The notes beneath the pieces were generated by a model. That model ran no database searches. It was not told the origin of the DNA and worked only from the letters and a program-made list of their open reading frames with translations. A stretch of 64,000 nt of DNA from a virus: positions 64,001 to 128,000 of the IMG/VR virus record IMGVR_UViG_3300023179_000026; one strand, written 5' to 3'. Below are positions 59,440 through 64,000 of this stretch, one piece after another. The translations under genes were made by a program, and so were the position numbers. Position 1 is the first letter of the stretch, and each line of letters starts with the position of its first letter.

Positions 59440-59876
59440 AAATCGCCTTCTTTACGGTTTTCGCTATACCATGGATCAAACGAACCACTTGGATAACGAG
59501 ATTGTAGTTTATTGACATTCTCAGCAATTACATCATTTGGGTCTAAGTCTAAAGCACGACACATATTAGTCCAATACCATATAATATCACCAAGTTCACG
59601 CTTCATGTGAAATAAATTTTCTTCATTAAGGGGTTTACCTTGGAAACACATCTTTTTTACAATTTCCATTAGTTCACCTGATTCACTACATAATCCCATA
59701 GCTCCCGTCAGCATAAGTGGCACACTGACACTAGGTCCATGTTGATTATTTGCAAAATCAAAATTACCGTCAATAATATCCAACCTATTCATAAATGTTG
59801 TAAGATCATTACTTGCTTCGCTAGTAACTGCTTGTACAAATTCTGTATATTTGTTTAAATCAATTTGTTTATTCAT
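59436..59876 (-). CDS. mazG: MazG-like NTP pyrophosphohydrolase
   Basis: GLCSESGELMEIVKK and KRELGDIIWY, NVNKL..RYP. Confidence 0.88.
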   Translation of the reverse strand: MNKQIDLNKYTEFVQAVTSEASNDLTTFMNRLDIIDGNFDFANNQHGPSVSVPLMLTGAMGLCSESGELMEIVKKMCFQGKPLNEENLFHMKRELGDIIWYWTNMCRALDLDPNDVIAENVNKLQSRYPSGSFDPWYSENRKEGDL

Positions 59877-59887
59877 ATAATTTCGTC

Positions 59888-60490
59888 CTATCTTATTATT
59901 CCAAGAGAAGGTGAACCTAGTGTCTTTCTACCGTCAAACATAAATCGTGGATAAAAAATATTATTCTTGTCAATATAGTGTAAAAAGAACTGAACGTGCC
60001 TTACCCCTTGAAAATTGTCTCTCCAATGTTTTAAGTATGTACCTTGATATATTATTGCATCACCTTCGTCTAAAACAACAGGAATAACAGTTTTATTTTC
60101 AAGTTCAAGATATAAAGGCCATTCAACAAAATCTTTCTGGATACAAATAGAAACAGAATATTCACATGATTCTCTATCTACATGTGGTATTAATTTACAA
60201 TTATTATAATAAATTCTTTGATAACTATAAGATTCTACAAGATCTTTTTTGACAATTTTAGATACTTTGTTTTTAAACTTAATTAACAAAGATTCAGTAA
60301 CGAATCCTCCATACCAACTGAATGATTCAAAACAATCAAGATCATTATATGGATATGGGTTATCTAATGTTGGTGGTTTTACTCGATAACAATTAGTTTC
60401 ATGAAGCAAGCAAATATTTTTGATAATTTCAATTGTTTGTTTATTTAGAAACTTTTTTGTAACTTGGTATTTGTATTTTTTAAATGACAT
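59888..60490 (-). CDS. 2OG-Fe(II) oxygenase
   Basis: YSYQRIY, L.PHVDRESCEYSVSIC, GDAIIYQG, HWR, QFFLHY. Confidence 0.82.
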   Translation of the reverse strand: MSFKKYKYQVTKKFLNKQTIEIIKNICLLHETNCYRVKPPTLDNPYPYNDLDCFESFSWYGGFVTESLLIKFKNKVSKIVKKDLVESYSYQRIYYNNCKLIPHVDRESCEYSVSICIQKDFVEWPLYLELENKTVIPVVLDEGDAIIYQGTYLKHWRDNFQGVRHVQFFLHYIDKNNIFYPRFMFDGRKTLGSPSLGIIR

Positions 60491-61648
60491 TTAATGTACT
60501 TTCAATATTATAATACTGTTTCCCATTCTCCCACTTGGAATGGTTTGTAAAGTTTTGATATTCTTAAAAAACTTTTTAGCTTCAGATTTGCCAATGTTTA
60601 ATAAGTCTTTTAATTGTGTTTCAGGTTTTCTTAATGTTTTTGTTCCACTTAAATTAGTATCAAAACCAACAATCATGTTACCTTTAACAGACATTGTTTT
60701 TACATGTTGGTCTGCAATATAATAACTTAACTTACGTTTTGCTGTATCATACACCCAAATTTCTTCAGCATTAATCATTTTAGATGGAGCAATACTTCTC
60801 AAACCTAATGTTTCATCTTTAACTTGATACTTTACATTTTTAACTAACTGTTCAGGAGTAAGTGCCTTTTTCTTTCTAGCAGGTTGCTCTGTCTTTTTAA
60901 TAACAACATAACCATTTAAGTCATTGATAACCATTTCACAAAACTTAATAATGTTTTTAATTTGTGTTTTACTTAAATGTTTGTATGCTTCAACCAAGTC
61001 TGTATCATTACCTTGGATTACTGCTTGAAATTCAAACAATTTTTTAGTCCATGCTTCAGTCAATATATTTACATGTTGCGGCAATATGTTTTTTTCTGTA
61101 AGTAGAGCAATCGTATTAGGTACTATTTTGCTCTTTGTTTGTAAGCATTCATCAAATAACCCCTCTAGTTCACCACATATTTCATGCGCTCTAGATTTCA
61201 TAATTTCTTGTACGTTTGGTTTGTTTGATTCTTTTTTTATAACAACTTCAGGTTTTGCAGTGGTTTCTAATAATCGTGTAACTTCATTGGTTAAAATTTC
61301 TGATTCATGCTGTGTAAGCTCTAAACCACGCATATTCATTCTTGCTAACCAACATAAGGTTACCATAAACTCATTTTCACTAACACGACTCATTACTTTT
61401 GCATGATTGGTTTGTTGTAACCACTGTAAATATTGAACCATAATTTCTTTAGCATCTTTTTTATCATAAAACCTAGAGTACCAAGTAAACGCTTTTGCTA
61501 ATGCACCATCTCTAAGGTTTTCATCAGGTTGCATTACAAAATGTGGTTCATATCCATAATATTTCAAATCGGTGTCCTTTGGGGTTAAATCTGCTATCGG
61601 TGATTTCTCAGTTTGTTTTTTATTTCTCTTTGCCATATCCATATCCAA
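60491..61648 (-). CDS. hypothetical protein
   Basis: 385-aa ORF; exact start uncertain (61636, 61642 or 61648). Confidence 0.7.
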   Translation of the reverse strand: MDMDMAKRNKKQTEKSPIADLTPKDTDLKYYGYEPHFVMQPDENLRDGALAKAFTWYSRFYDKKDAKEIMVQYLQWLQQTNHAKVMSRVSENEFMVTLCWLARMNMRGLELTQHESEILTNEVTRLLETTAKPEVVIKKESNKPNVQEIMKSRAHEICGELEGLFDECLQTKSKIVPNTIALLTEKNILPQHVNILTEAWTKKLFEFQAVIQGNDTDLVEAYKHLSKTQIKNIIKFCEMVINDLNGYVVIKKTEQPARKKKALTPEQLVKNVKYQVKDETLGLRSIAPSKMINAEEIWVYDTAKRKLSYYIADQHVKTMSVKGNMIVGFDTNLSGTKTLRKPETQLKDLLNIGKSEAKKFFKNIKTLQTIPSGRMGNSIIILKVH

Positions 61649-61701
61649 TCGTACATTATTTACATTAGAAACACAAAATTATTCAGATAAATACATAAAT
61701 C

Positions 61702-63567
61702 ATGCCTAAATTAAGCCTGTGGAGACCACAAAAATCAAACGATTACCAATTCTTTGATAAAACAATCAGAGAAATGTACACCGTTGGTGGTACAGATATA
61801 TATGTTCACAAATACATTGGATCAAATAATCCACCTAACGATGACCTTACTACCCCTGCTTATGATCAACTAAACCCTACCAATATTCAAGATTTAATGT
61901 GGTTAGAAAACCGTGATAGAAAATACGATCCTAATATCTATCGCATCAGAATGCACTATAATGTTTCAAATATTGATTTTGATTTAAGTCAGTTTGGTTT
62001 ATTTTTAAGCAATGATACCATATTCTTGACTGTTCATTACAATGACATGATTGATATTCTTGGAAGAAAATTAATGGTTGGTGATGTATTGGAATTACCA
62101 CACTTACTAGACTATCACCCATTAAATGAAAGTATACCTACTGCTTTAAGAAGATTTTATCAAGTTACAGATGGAAATTTTGCTAGTGAAGGATTTAGTC
62201 AAACATGGTTTCCACACTTATGGCGATTAAAAGCAGAACCACTTGTTGATAGTCAAGAATTTGCAGATATTTTACGTCAACCAACTAATACTGATAATTA
62301 CTTGGGTGATTGGGATCCTACACAAAGCTACGAACCAGGCTACACTGTCCTCTACGGTGATAAAATTTATACACCAAAACAACCTGTTCCACCTAATGTT
62401 GCTCCTCCTGATCCAATCTATTGGGAATTAAGTACTCAACAACAGCTAAATGACATTTTGAGCACATATAACAAAAATATTGAAATTAATAACACTAATT
62501 TAGCTGAAGCAGCAAGATTAGTACCAAAAGGTGGCTACAATCATGATCAATTATACGTTGTTCCAACTACTACAGATGGACAACCTGCGCCACCAATTAA
62601 CGTAATTATTGGTTCGGAAGCACCTACACCTATTACAGGTACTATAAATTATTATAATACTTCACCATTTGTTGTAATTGGTGCATCTGCCCGTGAAGCA
62701 ATGAATAAATTAATACTAGATGCTAGTATGGATATTACTATTGATCAATTTATTAGTATGTCACTACAAGCAGTTGAGTTAGAGCCTGAACGTACTGACA
62801 ATAATAGCGGAGCTATGGTTGGTGACGTAATTCTTACCGCACAGTCTTTAGGACCTGTAAGCGGACCTTATGGCACAGCAGATAACACCTATGTTAACGC
62901 AGATCAGTATCTTTGGTTTAGAGTAAAAGCATTAGGTACAACTAATGTACGTGGTTCATATATACTTACTATTGAAAACACAACACAGGATTTAAATGAT
63001 TTACTATTGTTAGAAGCTGAGGGAGCATTAGTCAATCCTTTTGCACCAAATACTAGAATTATTAATGTAATAAGTCCGTCTATTGTAGAACTAAACAATC
63101 CACTAGAAAATGAAATTGCTGATGGGCAAATTATATTGGTTTCAAGCAATTTCGACAGAATAATTACACCTGAGATGGACTATCGTGCGGATTCTGATCC
63201 ACGTTTTCAGTTTATTCGTCGAACAAGCCCACAATCATTTGGTTATATTACAGGATATCTTGCAGGTGATGGTACTGCACCTAATGGCGAAGCAACAGGT
63301 TCAGGTATTATGTTCCCTGCTAGCCCCAAACAAGGAGATTACTTTTTACGTATAGACTATCTACCACAAAAATTATTCAGATATGATGGAAGTATTTGGG
63401 TAGAAATTAGTCAAAACGTTAGAACAGCAACAGGATTTACACTTGATGATCGTTCACAATTAAGTTCATTTATAAATAACGATGCAGTTGTACAAACAAC
63501 AGATGGAACTTTAATACCAAGTCGCCAATCATTAAGTAATGCATTACGCATTCAACCTGACGAATAG
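61702..63567 (+). CDS. neck/head-closure protein (gp14-like) with insertions
   Basis: MPKLSLWRP..SNDY.FFD..I.EM...GG, LENRDRKYD, LSQFGLFL, GDVLELPHL, WFPHLWR; late TAAATA at 61688-61693. Confidence 0.75.
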   Translation: MPKLSLWRPQKSNDYQFFDKTIREMYTVGGTDIYVHKYIGSNNPPNDDLTTPAYDQLNPTNIQDLMWLENRDRKYDPNIYRIRMHYNVSNIDFDLSQFGLFLSNDTIFLTVHYNDMIDILGRKLMVGDVLELPHLLDYHPLNESIPTALRRFYQVTDGNFASEGFSQTWFPHLWRLKAEPLVDSQEFADILRQPTNTDNYLGDWDPTQSYEPGYTVLYGDKIYTPKQPVPPNVAPPDPIYWELSTQQQLNDILSTYNKNIEINNTNLAEAARLVPKGGYNHDQLYVVPTTTDGQPAPPINVIIGSEAPTPITGTINYYNTSPFVVIGASAREAMNKLILDASMDITIDQFISMSLQAVELEPERTDNNSGAMVGDVILTAQSLGPVSGPYGTADNTYVNADQYLWFRVKALGTTNVRGSYILTIENTTQDLNDLLLLEAEGALVNPFAPNTRIINVISPSIVELNNPLENEIADGQIILVSSNFDRIITPEMDYRADSDPRFQFIRRTSPQSFGYITGYLAGDGTAPNGEATGSGIMFPASPKQGDYFLRIDYLPQKLFRYDGSIWVEISQNVRTATGFTLDDRSQLSSFINNDAVVQTTDGTLIPSRQSLSNALRIQPDE

Positions 63568-63578
63568 GACTAGAACAA

Positions 63579-64000
63579 GTGGCACAGTTTTTTTATGATA
63601 AACAAGTAAGAAGATTTTTAATACAGTTTGCAAAAATCTTATCAAATTGGTATGTGGAAGATGGATATGATCCTAATGGAAATATTATCCTTAAACGTGT
63701 TCCTGTTATGTATGGTGATCAAAGTAGAAACGTTGCGAACATCATTAGTAACAATAGCCCAAGCAATTTACCAACAGTTCCACAAATTACGTATTATGTT
63801 AATGGACTAACATACGAACAAAATCGTACACAAGACCCATACTTTGTAGATAATTTATCAATACGTCAACGTTCTTACAATAATGAAACACAAGAATTTG
63901 AAACTACACAAGGTAATGCGTTCAGTGTAAAAAGGTTGATGCCTGTACCTTATCGTTTAAGTGTAACCGTGGACTTTTGGACTAGTAATTATAACCAAAA
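63579..64000 (+). CDS. tail terminator / sheath stabilizer (gp15-like), partial
   Basis: Not in ORF track. GTG start: MAQFFYDKQVRRFLIQF...KRVPVMYGD...MPVPYRLSVTVDFWTSN, runs off window end. Confidence 0.82.
   Translation, partial: MAQFFYDKQVRRFLIQFAKILSNWYVEDGYDPNGNIILKRVPVMYGDQSRNVANIISNNSPSNLPTVPQITYYVNGLTYEQNRTQDPYFVDNLSIRQRSYNNETQEFETTQGNAFSVKRLMPVPYRLSVTVDFWTSNYNQ

Noticed and set aside
378-63810. Many short opposite-strand or nested ORFs in the track (e.g. 651-845, 5090-5383, 40539-41726, 44948-45319)
   Set aside because: They are shadows of long motif-bearing genes, with no SD, no motifs and low-complexity antisense composition.
1-64000. Alternative genetic code (stop-codon recoding seen in some large phages)
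   Set aside because: Long genes read through intact in code 11, and TAA, TAG and TGA all end genes at sensible positions.
1-64000. CRISPR array, tRNA or rRNA genes
   Set aside because: Intergenic gaps are short and accounted for by promoters and terminators. I saw no repeat-spacer pattern or cloverleaf by eye; a tRNAscan or CRISPR finder run would be definitive.

Overview
AT-rich, densely coded 64 kb segment of a large lytic tailed phage, most likely a T4-superfamily-related jumbo myovirus, using the standard genetic code with most genes on the minus strand. It has four parts. (1) Replication, repair and nucleotide genes: 5'-3' exonuclease/RNase H, UvsE, sliding clamp, family-B DNA polymerase, clamp loader, dNMP kinase, MazG, two HAD nucleotidases and PhoH. 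(2) Host-like proteostasis genes: ClpA-like ATPase, peptide deformylase, DnaJ and GroES. (3) Lysis genes: a holin-like protein and a GH19 endolysin. (4) Virion genes: baseplate and fibre proteins, gp4-like head completion nuclease, tail tube, tail sheath, gp13/gp14-like neck proteins and a gp15-like terminator, with three free-standing endonucleases around the sheath gene. Both sigma70-type promoters and a recurring late motif TAAATA are visible; a subset of the TAAATA sites lie only 4-8 nt before the start codon, suggesting leaderless late mRNAs. The most interesting signal is a set of late genes whose products begin with a short leader ending in Glu (one, MKTFRQYLAE, closely matches the T4 capsid-targeting sequence MKTYQEFIAE) and consist of modules joined at hydrophobic-X-Glu sites, the T4 gp21 prohead-protease signature. 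They include a triple ADP-ribosyltransferase-like protein, a nucleotidyltransferase fusion, a Gp88-like enzyme and two peptide polyproteins. I infer a capsid-packaged, protease-matured effector cargo system. The protease, major capsid, portal and large terminase genes are not in this window. All assignments come from motif recognition by eye; no searches were run.
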